Source: Candidatus Zambryskiibacteriota bacterium (lineage in GTDB: Bacteria; Patescibacteriota; Minisyncoccia; Phycocordibacterales; WO2-35-19). Taken from it: DNA of 64,000 nucleotides. The notes beneath the pieces are model-generated. The model saw only the letters and a list, made by a program, of their open reading frames with translations, had not been told where the DNA came from and ran no database searches. This document shows positions 28,810 through 39,680 of the stretch, in pieces. Location: assembly GCA_048499675.1 (NCBI GenBank), contig JASNZL010000003.1, positions 16,241 to 80,240 of the forward strand, given 5' to 3'. Each line of letters begins with the position of its first letter. The first letter of the stretch is position 1. The position numbers and the translations under genes are program-made.

Positions 28810-29021
28810 GATTTTTTAGAATAATTAGTGCAATTAGGTTAATTAGGTTAATTTCCTCTTATCTCTTCTTCCAATCCTTAATCTTCAGCATCTTAGCTGA
28901 CATCTCCTCAATCGAAATCTTCTGCCTCTCCTTCCACCCTATAAACTATAACCCTCTGTCTTTCACCACATTTCAATTTATAAAAGCAAACTTATACATA
29001 GGATTATGTATACAAGAATTT

Positions 29022-32000
29022 TTATGCAACCAATTCATTGACGCTTTCGTACACATACCCAAAAATTTTTGAGGTTTTTGATTCGATCAAGCCTTCATCA
29101 TACGGCTCAGGTAGTTCATCATACAAAACATCTTTTATAGTTACCAAAACCTTTGCTCTACCCTGTTGAGTTTTTCTCCAATCAAGAACAAAAGCTGTTT
29201 GTCTCAATTTCTGTAACAAATCTTTTGCAACTTTCTTGATCTCCTTAATTTCATTTTCTTTCAAGTCTTCTTTATAAAGCAAATCAAAAATCGCAAGCTC
29301 TTCTTCAGTCAGCTCTTCTCTCACCCCTCTTTTTTCTTCATCGTTTAAAGATTCTGCAAATTTCATCAAAGCCTCAAAAAAATCTTCAATATTTTTTGAG
29401 CCAGAATTATATTCTGAAAGTAATTTTTCAAATTGCTCTACTAGTTTTTGTCTTGTTGGATTAAGTCGCACCAATTCTTCAAGTTTTTCTTTCAAAGATT
29501 GCTTCAATTTTTCTGCTTCTTTTCTTTTATTTTTTTCAAAATACTTTCGCAATTTCTCAAAATCAATCTTACTCAAATCATACGGCTTATAATCTTCAGA
29601 AATCACATACCCTTCAGCAGTGATTGCATTATCAAGAAGCTCTTCAATAGCGTCTGCAACGTCTTCTACATTCACATCTTTTCGGGTCAAGATTCGCACA
29701 CGCTCTGCCAGAACTCGATACAATTTTACTACATTAAAAAATTCACTCGCACTTGGATCAGGCATAATAGCCCCCAAAAGACTTGTCGCGCGATTACTCA
29801 TCATCAAAAATTCGTTCTTGGATTCCTCATTAGTCAAAATGGCATCCACAGCACCATCAATCAAAGCTAGTTTTTCAAAATCAACAGATTTTTCTATATC
29901 TAAAATATCAATAGAATGTTCATTACAATATTTATCAAGCTCACACAAAACTCCTCGTAATTCATTTACCAGTTCTGTTTTTGGTTTTATGGGCTTTGCA
30001 TCTTCATCACCTCGCGCTCCATAAATAGCCAAAGCTTTTTTCAGACTTCGAAATACTCCGATATAGTCCACAATCAATCCATTTGTCTTTGCGCCCCAAA
30101 CACGGTTTGCACGAGCAATCGTTTGCATCAATGTGTGATTTTTCATCGGCTTATCCAGATACACCGTCGAAATAATCGGTGCATCAAATCCAGTCAGCCA
30201 CATATTGCAGACAATCACAATTTTCAAAGGATCATTTACATCTTTGAATTTCTTTTCCAAATCCTCATTTATCATTCTTCGGCGATGAGTTTCTATATCA
30301 AGCCCAAGCTTTCGGAAATCATCCACTTCGTTTTGAGCCGAACTCATAACTACCGCAATATCAGGACAGTTTGGCTGCGCCTTCATTTTGTCATACATTT
30401 TCACCGCAGTTGGTCGATCTATCGCCACAAACAACGCCTTACCATCATTCCCTTGGCTGTTAAAATGTTCAATCACATCACGGGCAATAGTGTTCAATCG
30501 TTCTTCTCTCGTGATCAAATGATATTCAGTATTAAATTCTCGTTCAAGCTTTTTCTCTTGATCATCATCAAGCTCAAAAGTTTCAAGCACTGTTCCCAAA
30601 TCCTGCCCTAAACTCTCCAAATCAATCTGCAGCTCTGGAATACGGTTCTCGTAATACAAAGGCACTGTCGCCTTGTCATCCACAGACTGCTTGAAATCAT
30701 AAATACTGACATAGTCTCCAAAAGTATTCTTGGTTTGTTCTTCTTCGCCAGAAATAAGCGGAGTTCCTGTAAATCCGATAAATGAAGCATTCGGTAAAGC
30801 CCGACGCATATTGAGCGCCAGAGTGTCATACTGGCTTCGGTGAGCCTCGTCAGTCATCACGATAATATCGCTTCTATCTGAAAGCTTTGGAAACTCTTTT
30901 TCTGCTTCTTGCAATTGGAATTTGTGAATCAAGGTAAAAATATTGCGATGGTCTTCGGTCAAAAGCATTCTCAAATGATCAACACTTTTTGCTCTCACCA
31001 TTTCTTCAGGCTCAAGCACCGCACCCACACCCGCAAAGTTTGCATAAATCTGCTTGTCGAGTTCCTGCCTATCTGTCACCACAAGAAAAGTATAGTTCCC
31101 TTCATATTTTCGAAAAATCTTTTGAGCGAAAAATACCATAGAATAACTCTTTCCTCCTCCTTGTGTATGCCAAAAGACCCCAATTCGTCCATTGTTTTCT
31201 TCTCGCTTTTCAAAAGATTTAATCGCATTATTTACTCCTAAATACTGATGATTTTTACCAATCAATTTTATCGTTCCCTTGCTCGTCTCTTGAAACAATA
31301 CAAAGTTTTCAATAATATCAAGCAGGCGCGTTCTGTCGCAGATACCACGAAGCAGGGTTTCCAAATCCACCTTTCCTTTTTCTTCTTCATCACTAATTCT
31401 TTTCCAATCAGAAAAATGTTCAAACCCGCTCGTAATAGAACCCATCTTTGCATCAAGTCCATTTGAAATAATCAAAAGCTGGTTGTACCAAAATATCTGC
31501 GGAATTGTGTCTTTATAGTCTCGAATATTTCCATCAAATGCATCTCGCAAGTTTTTGTGCGCAGCTTTGAGCTCGACAAACACTAACGGCAACCCATTCA
31601 CAAAACCCACCAAGTCCGCTCGGCGTTTATACATATCACCCGAAATCCACATCTGTGACACCAAAGTAAAATGATTGTTCTCTGGATTATCAAAATCAAT
31701 CACACGCACCGTTTCCACATCACGAGTTCCGTCATCACTCACCACATCCACCTTGACCCCGTTTTTCAAAAGCTCATAGATTTCTTTGTTCGCTTTGACC
31801 ATACTCATTTTTGAGCGGTCTTTAATGATTTCTTCTATTGCTTCATCAATAGCACTTTTTGCGATGTTTGGATTTAATTTCTCCAAAGCAGTCCGAAGAC
31901 GAGAAAACAAGACAACCTGACCCTGATGTTCCCTCCCAAGCCTTGCATCACCTTCGTCAGTATAGGCATTCACAAAATCCATTTCGCCATCTTTTCCAGC

Positions 32001-32066
32001 CCAAAGTTCCGACAAAAGCCGGATTGCAGGTTGTTCTATGAGATTGTCTTCGTTAAAGGGGTTCAT
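29022..32066 (-). CDS. hsdR: Type I restriction enzyme R subunit
   Basis: 1014 aa with an HsdR N-terminal domain, SF2 helicase motifs (Walker A, then DEAHRS) and a long coiled C-terminus. Confidence 0.9.
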   Translation of the reverse strand: MNPFNEDNLIEQPAIRLLSELWAGKDGEMDFVNAYTDEGDARLGREHQGQVVLFSRLRTALEKLNPNIAKSAIDEAIEEIIKDRSKMSMVKANKEIYELLKNGVKVDVVSDDGTRDVETVRVIDFDNPENNHFTLVSQMWISGDMYKRRADLVGFVNGLPLVFVELKAAHKNLRDAFDGNIRDYKDTIPQIFWYNQLLIISNGLDAKMGSITSGFEHFSDWKRISDEEEKGKVDLETLLRGICDRTRLLDIIENFVLFQETSKGTIKLIGKNHQYLGVNNAIKSFEKREENNGRIGVFWHTQGGGKSYSMVFFAQKIFRKYEGNYTFLVVTDRQELDKQIYANFAGVGAVLEPEEMVRAKSVDHLRMLLTEDHRNIFTLIHKFQLQEAEKEFPKLSDRSDIIVMTDEAHRSQYDTLALNMRRALPNASFIGFTGTPLISGEEEQTKNTFGDYVSIYDFKQSVDDKATVPLYYENRIPELQIDLESLGQDLGTVLETFELDDDQEKKLEREFNTEYHLITREERLNTIARDVIEHFNSQGNDGKALFVAIDRPTAVKMYDKMKAQPNCPDIAVVMSSAQNEVDDFRKLGLDIETHRRRMINEDLEKKFKDVNDPLKIVIVCNMWLTGFDAPIISTVYLDKPMKNHTLMQTIARANRVWGAKTNGLIVDYIGVFRSLKKALAIYGARGDEDAKPIKPKTELVNELRGVLCELDKYCNEHSIDILDIEKSVDFEKLALIDGAVDAILTNEESKNEFLMMSNRATSLLGAIMPDPSASEFFNVVKLYRVLAERVRILTRKDVNVEDVADAIEELLDNAITAEGYVISEDYKPYDLSKIDFEKLRKYFEKNKRKEAEKLKQSLKEKLEELVRLNPTRQKLVEQFEKLLSEYNSGSKNIEDFFEALMKFAESLNDEEKRGVREELTEEELAIFDLLYKEDLKENEIKEIKKVAKDLLQKLRQTAFVLDWRKTQQGRAKVLVTIKDVLYDELPEPYDEGLIESKTSKIFGYVYESVNELVA

Positions 32067-32075
32067 ATTATTATA

Positions 32076-33551
32076 TTAAAGCATTTTTTCTATTTTTTTT
32101 CTAAATTTTTCTACCTCAGTATTATTATTGTGAATCCAAAGTTTCCACACATGACTAGCATTTCTCCCCCAAAATTTTTTTTGACTACTATACCATTTCT
32201 TTAATTTTTCTCTTAATTTACTTTTATCTAACTCACCATCAAGTACTGATAATTCCTTAAAGCAAAATGGTTTGTTATAGCCTGCTTGTTTTTTCCAAAA
32301 AACATCACCAGCATCTACAGTTTTAAGAAAATCATACATCAACCTGTCTGGCCCCTTTGATCCAGGTAAACAAATTACATTGGAAACACTGGTAACATTT
32401 GAATCGCCATCCAAAACAATAATGGATTTTTGAAAATCTGGGATCTTCTTTTTTGCCAAATCATTTAAAACTTTATATCCAAGTTTTGTTGATATTATGT
32501 TTACCCTGTCTTTTTGTTCTGTTGTTAAAATATTTTTTAACAAATCAACAGCTTCGTCGTCTTCGCAATATAAATACTTTTTGTTTTTTTGAATTTTAAA
32601 ACCATCTGGCCCTAAAACTAGTAAACTACTTCGTATTGCATTAAAGTCCAAGTCATATAAAACATTAATTTCACCATGTGACTTATCTAAGAAAATAATT
32701 TTTGAATCACTCAACTCCTTAACCTTTTCTAACACTTCCAAAGAATGTGTAGTGAAGAATATTTGCAAATTGAGTTGTTTTGAAACTTTGTCTAAATAAT
32801 TTATTAATCGTATTTGAGCCGCAGGAAACAAACTTGCATCTATTTCATCAATTAATAAAACTCCTCCATTGTATTTATCACCTAATTCTTTTTGCAATCT
32901 CTTATAAGAAATAATTACGGTAATGATGTGACCTAAATTATCTTGTCCAGCTGAATTTCCCAAATGATTGTAGTCTTTAGTAGTTGGAGCATAAAATTTT
33001 TTATTTGTTGATCTTACTGATTCGGGAATAATTTTTTCATCAATTATTAAAATATCGTTATGAATTTCTTCATAATATTTAATTTCTTGTTGTGTAAGTT
33101 CAGAAATTTCACTTTTAATTTCAGCCTCAATATTCAAAGGAAATAATCTACCCATACCTAAATATTGCACTGGAAAATTTAATTTACCTTCATCTTTAGC
33201 ACTCTTTCCAACCCTTATTCTTATTGTTTTTTGCTTACCTTTTTCTATGCGATCATAAGACAAAGCTTTTATATTTTTATTGTCATCAAAATATGTTATC
33301 CACTCATGAGTTCCAGATTTATCAAATTCAGGATATGCAAATTTAAAAATATCAGAAAATTCTGTAGAGAAATTTTTACCTGTAAGATTTTTGTAAGAAT
33401 TATCAAAATTAAAAATATGCCCTATTAAACCTAGTATTGTAGTTTTTATTGTTCCATTTTGGCCAGCAATTGCATTTAATCTTGACGCAAAATTTACCTC
33501 TAAATTAGAGACTTTTCTAAATTTTAATATTTCTAATTTAGTAATTTTCAT
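32076..33551 (-). CDS. Restriction-linked ATPase (RloA/RloB-like): ABC/AAA_21-type ATPase with a C-terminal Toprim/DUF4435 (OLD-like) domain
   Basis: N-terminal AGQNGTIKTTILGL (atypical Walker A), Walker B VLLIDEIDASLF, and an H-loop TTHS. The C-terminal segment with IIVLDGDS is Toprim-like. It sits between hsdR and hsdS. Confidence 0.6.
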   Translation of the reverse strand: MKITKLEILKFRKVSNLEVNFASRLNAIAGQNGTIKTTILGLIGHIFNFDNSYKNLTGKNFSTEFSDIFKFAYPEFDKSGTHEWITYFDDNKNIKALSYDRIEKGKQKTIRIRVGKSAKDEGKLNFPVQYLGMGRLFPLNIEAEIKSEISELTQQEIKYYEEIHNDILIIDEKIIPESVRSTNKKFYAPTTKDYNHLGNSAGQDNLGHIITVIISYKRLQKELGDKYNGGVLLIDEIDASLFPAAQIRLINYLDKVSKQLNLQIFFTTHSLEVLEKVKELSDSKIIFLDKSHGEINVLYDLDFNAIRSSLLVLGPDGFKIQKNKKYLYCEDDEAVDLLKNILTTEQKDRVNIISTKLGYKVLNDLAKKKIPDFQKSIIVLDGDSNVTSVSNVICLPGSKGPDRLMYDFLKTVDAGDVFWKKQAGYNKPFCFKELSVLDGELDKSKLREKLKKWYSSQKKFWGRNASHVWKLWIHNNNTEVEKFRKKIEKML

Positions 33552-33556
33552 AAAAT

Positions 33557-34762
33557 TTATTTAACCTCCACTCGCCCACCGACTAACTGCGGAATGAGGA
33601 TGTCTCTTGTTTTTTGTAAGTTTTGGTTTTGTTTTTTTAAATTTAAAACCTGAATAAAAACATCGTTTAATTTTTCATTTATATTATTTAATGCTTCTTC
33701 AGCAGGTATAATAATTTCAAAATCTTTAATTGCTGAGCTTGCATGCATAATTGTTGTACCTTTTGCATGTTCTTTGATTTTATTTTGAATATCTTCAGAA
33801 TTCATATAGCAATATAAAAATCCGTCAGAAAAAATTTCTGATTTTATTTTTCTTATTCCTGATGAGTATGCGCCATTAAAACCGAATCTAACTAAGCCAA
33901 CGGAACCATCAAAACTTACCAAAACATCATTCTCTTCACATATTTTTCCTTTACATAAATTTATATCTACAAAAATATTTTGCTCTTTGTTTAGATCAGA
34001 AACTCTAATAAATTTTACAAAATTGTTTATTTGAATCTCTGAATAACTAGAAGAACCAGGCTCAACACCTCTCTCAAAAGAAATTATTTCTTCTGCTTTC
34101 TTCACCTCCCACCCATTAGGTAATCCATCTTTTACAGGTTTTACAAACCATTCTTTGTAGAGGGTTTGGGCGAGGGTTTCGAGGGTTTTTATTTTCTTTT
34201 GATTCACCTCAATCAAATCATCATATGCCGAAAGCACCTCCGCAATTTTCTTTTGTTTGGAGAGAGGAGGAAGCAAAAACTCAAACTCTTTTAAAACTGG
34301 AGCATTCGCGTGCGGTTGAGCAGCGCCGCCCGCATTTTGAACTACGAAACTTTTAAAAATATCAGATTCTATTAAAGAACCAAGGAAAAAATTATCTAAA
34401 TCTTGAGTTTTAGGTTTGATTCTTATTAAGTACGAAGCAAAAACAGAATTTATAGGAGGGTCTTTTCTAAAAAGTTTTGCATATCCAGCGGTCGCGCCAG
34501 TTCTAGCAACAACAATATCCCCTTTTTTTAATAAAAATTGATTTAGTTTATTTTCTTCTATTTTACAAAATGGAACATTATTCCAATCTATCAATTGAGG
34601 TACGATATCTGTGATTCTAATTAACTTTACACCCGTATCTTTGTTTTCAGCAGAAGCAGTAAAGCCATAAGAAAAATCGCAAACCTCACCCAACTTCACC
34701 CTCTTCCACTCCGTCTTGCGAGTTTTCTCCCTACTATTCTTTTGTGTCGTTTGTGTAGGCAT
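33557..34762 (-). CDS. hsdS: Type I restriction enzyme specificity subunit
   Basis: Two target-recognition domains separated by the conserved central helix (KQKKIAEVLSAYDDLIEVNQKKIKTLETLAQTLYKEWF). Confidence 0.85.
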   Translation of the reverse strand: MPTQTTQKNSREKTRKTEWKRVKLGEVCDFSYGFTASAENKDTGVKLIRITDIVPQLIDWNNVPFCKIEENKLNQFLLKKGDIVVARTGATAGYAKLFRKDPPINSVFASYLIRIKPKTQDLDNFFLGSLIESDIFKSFVVQNAGGAAQPHANAPVLKEFEFLLPPLSKQKKIAEVLSAYDDLIEVNQKKIKTLETLAQTLYKEWFVKPVKDGLPNGWEVKKAEEIISFERGVEPGSSSYSEIQINNFVKFIRVSDLNKEQNIFVDINLCKGKICEENDVLVSFDGSVGLVRFGFNGAYSSGIRKIKSEIFSDGFLYCYMNSEDIQNKIKEHAKGTTIMHASSAIKDFEIIIPAEEALNNINEKLNDVFIQVLNLKKQNQNLQKTRDILIPQLVGGRVEVK

Positions 34763-34873
34763 CCCAGTACTAAAATTTTAAATTAAAACTAATAATTTTA
34801 TCAGCGTATATCTCCTTATTCTTTTGTGTATTTTTATTTAACATAATCAAAAATTTAGTACCGGACAAGTATA

Positions 34874-36145
34874 TTATTTCAATAAATCATCAAGCTCAGC
34901 ATTCAGAAGTGCCGACTTGGTCAAGACGATCTGTTCACTTCTCACTAAATTATCTGCAGTCATACGAACAATTTTTGTTCTAATTTCATCAGTCATTACT
35001 TCCCGATTTGTCTTTGCAAGATAGTTTTCAACCTTTTCATAGAAAAGTGTTGTATATTGCATAATCTTATCTCCTGAAAATCTTTCCCTATCTTCTACAG
35101 AAATATATTTTTCAAGGTCTGTATTTATCGCTGTTGGAATATTTCCATCACTAAATTCCATCCAGTAGTCGCTGATGGTGAAAATAAATCTTACACGGTT
35201 ATTTTCTGTGGTTTTGTAATAGTAAATAAACGAATAATTATCAGATCGAAAATCCTGATGTAGGCGAATCATTTCTAGTTCTGTTACTTGATAAATCGGG
35301 TATTGTTTAAGTAAATGCATATAGGTTGAAAGCCAGTTTTGAAGCCAGTTATCAATATAGCGAGTTTCAGTAAAAAGTGGTTTCAAATCTTGTTCGAGAT
35401 TCTTTTGGTTAACTTCGTTCATTTTGAAGGTTAGTTTATCAAATAGTTCCTGAAGATTTTTTACATTGATATTTTTTGCTTTAAGATAGTCCAAATCCGG
35501 AATTATTCTTTTGTTCATATACCAAAGCAAGTCATAAATATCTCGTCCTTTTTCACCAAAAATATCTTGTCCGACATTTCTTTCACCACGGAGGAAAATT
35601 GCAGCGATTTTACTCGCCATGAGGTTTGACATATTGTATGTTTTGATAACAAAAGAAAGCTGATTACGGTTGATTGGGATGCGTTCAGTGGTTGTTTTTG
35701 GTGCAGAGAAAAAGTTTAAATCTACTTTTACATGCACCTGGTCCGATGTGTGACCCAAACCAAGACCTTCACCAACATGGAAGTTGAGTCGGAGCCCGCG
35801 AGAACCTACTATTTTTATAGAAAGAAATTCGTCTTCGGTGCTGTATGTTTTTTTGAAATAGTCATTCATATCGTTTTTGAGTTTTTCGAGAAGGTCTGGT
35901 GTTGGTTCAATATCAATTTCAAAATCCAAATCAACAGACATTCTATCAAGTCCGTGACAAATACGAAGCGCAGAACCACCATACATGGTCCACTCACTGT
36001 ATTCTGGATGATGATAAATACAATCGAGAATATAAAACTGCAACTCTTCTTTGAGAGCGTTTCTCTTTGCTTCAATATCAACACTACCTATTGCATTTAT
36101 TTCATCAAGTCTACTTTTTAGTTTTAGAAAAATTTGATTATTCAT
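34874..36145 (-). CDS. AbiEii-type nucleotidyltransferase toxin (DUF1814)
   Basis: MYGGSALRICHGLDRMSVDLDFE matches the GG[ST]AL...R.S.DLDF signature of AbiEii/type IV TA nucleotidyltransferases. Confidence 0.6.
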   Translation of the reverse strand: MNNQIFLKLKSRLDEINAIGSVDIEAKRNALKEELQFYILDCIYHHPEYSEWTMYGGSALRICHGLDRMSVDLDFEIDIEPTPDLLEKLKNDMNDYFKKTYSTEDEFLSIKIVGSRGLRLNFHVGEGLGLGHTSDQVHVKVDLNFFSAPKTTTERIPINRNQLSFVIKTYNMSNLMASKIAAIFLRGERNVGQDIFGEKGRDIYDLLWYMNKRIIPDLDYLKAKNINVKNLQELFDKLTFKMNEVNQKNLEQDLKPLFTETRYIDNWLQNWLSTYMHLLKQYPIYQVTELEMIRLHQDFRSDNYSFIYYYKTTENNRVRFIFTISDYWMEFSDGNIPTAINTDLEKYISVEDRERFSGDKIMQYTTLFYEKVENYLAKTNREVMTDEIRTKIVRMTADNLVRSEQIVLTKSALLNAELDDLLK

Positions 36146-36149
36146 ATGA

Positions 36150-36764
36150 TTATTTTAAATATTCTTTTACCATTGCGTAAAACACATTTTTATCTTCTTC
36201 TGCCATTTCTTCAATATCAATACGCAAACTTTCTACTAATGAATCAATTTGTTCGAAAGAAATCCCTCGAAACTGATTTGTTTTGAAATACAATAGATCA
36301 AACAAAGCTTTGGCTGGTGTTGCAATGTAATATTCAAAATCTTCTTTTTTGAGAATAAAATCTTTAAAAAGTTTTTTATTTATTGAGTGATATGAAAATG
36401 TCCCAATTTTTGTTTCGTAATCACGAGTTATTTTTTCTGACACACAAGTGATTGTATTGATTGCTTCTGTAGTAAGTCCGTAATACTGAAGAGCAGTCCA
36501 AGAGCTGATATATGAAGGCGTACGGAGAATGTTTGCAAGATAAAAAAGATACGAAATTTTATCTTTGTTTTTCTCGTAAAAGTCTGTTGTGATGTATAAA
36601 CCGTTTTTCAATAAAATAATTTCTTTATTTGCAACAGATCGAGAAAGATATGAATTTACAGTTGCATCTAATACAGAAAATTCCTTTGCTAAACCAGAAA
36701 AAGCCTTTTTAGTAAAAAAGGGTTCTTTTTTAAGATTTTCAATTATATTCGTTCGGTATTTCAC
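36150..36764 (-). CDS. AbiEi-type antitoxin / transcriptional regulator
   Basis: N-terminal MKYRTNIIENLKKEPFFTKKAFSGLA...LKNGLYIT resembles the AbiEi N-terminal wHTH domain. Immediately upstream of, and 4 bp from, the AbiEii gene. Confidence 0.55.
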   Translation of the reverse strand: MKYRTNIIENLKKEPFFTKKAFSGLAKEFSVLDATVNSYLSRSVANKEIILLKNGLYITTDFYEKNKDKISYLFYLANILRTPSYISSWTALQYYGLTTEAINTITCVSEKITRDYETKIGTFSYHSINKKLFKDFILKKEDFEYYIATPAKALFDLLYFKTNQFRGISFEQIDSLVESLRIDIEEMAEEDKNVFYAMVKEYLK

Positions 36765-36876
36765 TTTTTATATGATATCATATAAATTCTGAAAAGCAAA
36801 CAAAAATGTGTATAATTATACATAAACTATACACATTTTATACATATTCTGATTTTTGCTTGTAAAATAAGGCTTT

Positions 36877-38439
36877 TTACAGTATTTTCTTGAGGTTTTC
36901 CTTGATTTTCTTCTCTAAAACTGCTGATTCTTTAAATAGATTCTCTAGATCATTTGAAAGATTTTGGACTTTTTCATGAAAATCCTCTTCAGATTCTTCA
37001 ATTACTTCAGTCCCCACATATCGCCCTGGGTTGAGCGAATATCCTGCTTCAGCGACTTCTTGCAATGTTGCAACCTTACACAGTCCTTTTACATCTTCGT
37101 ATTTCCCTGCCCCACTTTCGCCACGATACACACGGACAATATTTGCAATTTGATCTATTTGCTCTGGAGTAAACTTTTTCTTATTTCTTTGTTCAGTGTC
37201 TTCATCTATTGTAAAAATTTGACGCGCGTCAATAAATAAAATTTTATCTTTTCTATCAGAATTTATTTTTCCTTTATCAAAAAACCAAAGTGTGCATGAA
37301 AGTGCAACTGTGTAAAAGAAATTATCTCCAACAGAAATCATTACATCCACGGCTCCAGAATCTATAATTTTTTTACGAATCTCTTTTTCTGCCCCACCAG
37401 CATCACTCGCTGCGTTAGACATAACAAAACCCGCTCTCCCTTTTTCATTTAAAGAAGAGAGGAAAAGTTGTATCCAAATATAATTTCCGTTTCCTATTTC
37501 ATCCTTTCCAGTAAGAGGTAGACCGAAAGGAAATCGTCTCGCTGGATTTATCACTCTTTCTCTATCTATTTTTCCAGTCTTTTTTCCCCCAACATTAAAT
37601 GGTGGGTTAGCCATTACAAAATCAAATTTACCAGTTGAATTGTAAGGATCTTCATAATAAGCATTTGCGGATGTCACCACACCAGAAAGTCCATGCACAG
37701 CAAGGTTCATCTTGCAAAGATTAGTTGTTTCTCCCAGCTTCTCTGATCCATACACAGAAATTACATCTTGATTTGTTTTCTTGTGCTTTTTTACAAAATT
37801 TGCACTTTGCACAAACATACCCCCCGATCCACAAGCAGGATCATAGACTTTTCCTTTGTACGGTTCGAGGATTTCTACAATTAATTTTACAAGAGAGGTT
37901 GGAGTAAAGAATTCTCCTCCACCCTGTCCTTCTTTCATGGCAAAACTTGAAAGAAAGAATTCATAAATCTTTCCGAACACATCACCCTCAACATCCATAG
38001 GAATTTCACTGAAAGTTTTTAGAAGACCAAACAGGGTTTTACTATCAAGCTTAGTATATGTTTTTGGTAAAATACCTCTTAAATCTGAATTATATTCCTC
38101 AATTTCTTTCATCGCATCATTGATTGCTTTTCCAATATTTGCGCTCTCTTTTAAATTAAGAAGATATGAAAAGCGAGCAATTTCAGGAATATACATAATT
38201 CCTTTTGCTTGGTATTCTTCAGGACCAATCCTTCTTTCACGAACCACAGAAGCTCCGGATTTTTTAACATTTTTTAATTCATCATTTGCGTGTTCGAATT
38301 TAAATTCAGCAAATCGCAAGAAAATAAGTCCAAGGACAGGTTGAGAATACTGATGCACGCTCAAATCAGATTCTGTTCTAAAAGATTCTGCAGCATTCCA
38401 TAATCGCTCTTCAATTTTCTTAAGACTTTCTTTTACCAT
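36877..38439 (-). CDS. hsdM: Type I restriction-modification N6-adenine DNA methyltransferase
   Basis: HsdM N-terminal domain, SAM motif I (DPACGSGGMF) and catalytic VMANPPFN. Confidence 0.9.
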   Translation of the reverse strand: MVKESLKKIEERLWNAAESFRTESDLSVHQYSQPVLGLIFLRFAEFKFEHANDELKNVKKSGASVVRERRIGPEEYQAKGIMYIPEIARFSYLLNLKESANIGKAINDAMKEIEEYNSDLRGILPKTYTKLDSKTLFGLLKTFSEIPMDVEGDVFGKIYEFFLSSFAMKEGQGGGEFFTPTSLVKLIVEILEPYKGKVYDPACGSGGMFVQSANFVKKHKKTNQDVISVYGSEKLGETTNLCKMNLAVHGLSGVVTSANAYYEDPYNSTGKFDFVMANPPFNVGGKKTGKIDRERVINPARRFPFGLPLTGKDEIGNGNYIWIQLFLSSLNEKGRAGFVMSNAASDAGGAEKEIRKKIIDSGAVDVMISVGDNFFYTVALSCTLWFFDKGKINSDRKDKILFIDARQIFTIDEDTEQRNKKKFTPEQIDQIANIVRVYRGESGAGKYEDVKGLCKVATLQEVAEAGYSLNPGRYVGTEVIEESEEDFHEKVQNLSNDLENLFKESAVLEKKIKENLKKIL

Positions 38440-38448
38440 ATTGTTTAT

Positions 38449-39126
38449 TTATAACATTTTTTCTTTCCTAAAACTATAAAAGCTTTTTGAAGTTATTATC
38501 ACATGATCCTCTATTTCTATCCCTAAAATCTCTGCGGACTGCTTGAGCCTTTTTGTAACTTCTTTGTCTTCTGGTGAAGGATCCAAGCTTCCGGACGGAT
38601 GATTGTGTGCCAGGATAATACTTCCGGCGTTAAGCCTTATCGCATGTTCAAAGACTTCTCGAGGATGCACAAGCGAGGCGTCTAAAATACCAATAGAAAT
38701 AATTTGTCTTTCGATAAGATTTTTCTGCGAATCAATATAAAAAGCTATGAAGTGTTCTTTCTTAGAATCTTTAATATCTGTGCAGAGTTGCCATATATCT
38801 TTTGGCGAAAGTATTTCTATTTTTTCATTGCTTGAAAACCTGTTTCCAAGTTCAAGGAGTGCAAGAATTTGCAAGGCTTTTGCTTTTCCCAATCCTTTTA
38901 TTTCAAGCAAATCTTCAAGTGTAATATTTTGCAAACCTTTCTTTTTTGTTTTCTGTAAAACTTTTTTAGAAAGTTCAAGTACATTTAAACCTTTAATTCC
39001 CGAACCAAGCAAAATTGCAAGGAGTTCAAAATCTTTTAATTTCTTAGAACCATACTTTTCCAATTTTTCACGAGGCAAATCTACTCTTGGAAGATTTTTT
39101 AATTTCATATTACAAATTATTTTCAT
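38449..39126 (-). CDS. radC: RadC-like JAB/MPN domain protein
   Basis: Helix-hairpin-helix N-terminus and the JAMM motif HNHPSGSLDPSPED. Confidence 0.85.
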   Translation of the reverse strand: MKIICNMKLKNLPRVDLPREKLEKYGSKKLKDFELLAILLGSGIKGLNVLELSKKVLQKTKKKGLQNITLEDLLEIKGLGKAKALQILALLELGNRFSSNEKIEILSPKDIWQLCTDIKDSKKEHFIAFYIDSQKNLIERQIISIGILDASLVHPREVFEHAIRLNAGSIILAHNHPSGSLDPSPEDKEVTKRLKQSAEILGIEIEDHVIITSKSFYSFRKEKML

Positions 39127-39676
39127 CCATTAATTCACGAATGGTTTTTCCTTTATATGTCCAAAAAATTGTGCCTTGTACGGCTTTCCATTTTTTATTA
39201 AACTTATCTTTCAAAACTTTCTGCGCAGATTTCGAAAGAGATGTATTATCGCCATTAAAGATAATAATATTACCTTTTCCAACTACTGCGGTAATATCTT
39301 GGTAAATATCATCTCCTTCTTTAAATTTAAGAATATCTCCCTCTTTTATACCAATTTTTGCAAATTTACCCTTAAGCTCGGAATCTTTTTCAAACGAAAT
39401 ATTTTTGTTATCTGAAATAAAATCACAAATCCTTTCTGGATGAACCTTTAAGAATTCTCTTTTTCTATTAATCCTCTGTTTTGCAAAATGTTGTAATATT
39501 TTTTGCTCTAATAATTCAACATTCTTCAAATCAAATCTTTCATATAATTGAAATCTTGTAGGTGTTGAGGTCTTGTTATTTAAGCTTTTTAACCTTTTAT
39601 CAATATCTCCAGTTATTCCAACTTTGCATATATTCGGCATAGAGATATTAGTAATAATATACAAAAAGTTTTTCAT
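39110..39676 (-). CDS. T5orf172 (GIY-YIG-like) domain protein
   Basis: FLYIITNISMPNICKVGITGDIDKRLKSLN matches the T5orf172/GIY-YIG-like N-terminal pattern. C-terminal region is uncharacterised. Confidence 0.5.
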   Translation of the reverse strand: MKNFLYIITNISMPNICKVGITGDIDKRLKSLNNKTSTPTRFQLYERFDLKNVELLEQKILQHFAKQRINRKREFLKVHPERICDFISDNKNISFEKDSELKGKFAKIGIKEGDILKFKEGDDIYQDITAVVGKGNIIIFNGDNTSLSKSAQKVLKDKFNKKWKAVQGTIFWTYKGKTIRELMDENNL

Positions 39677-39680
39677 ATAT

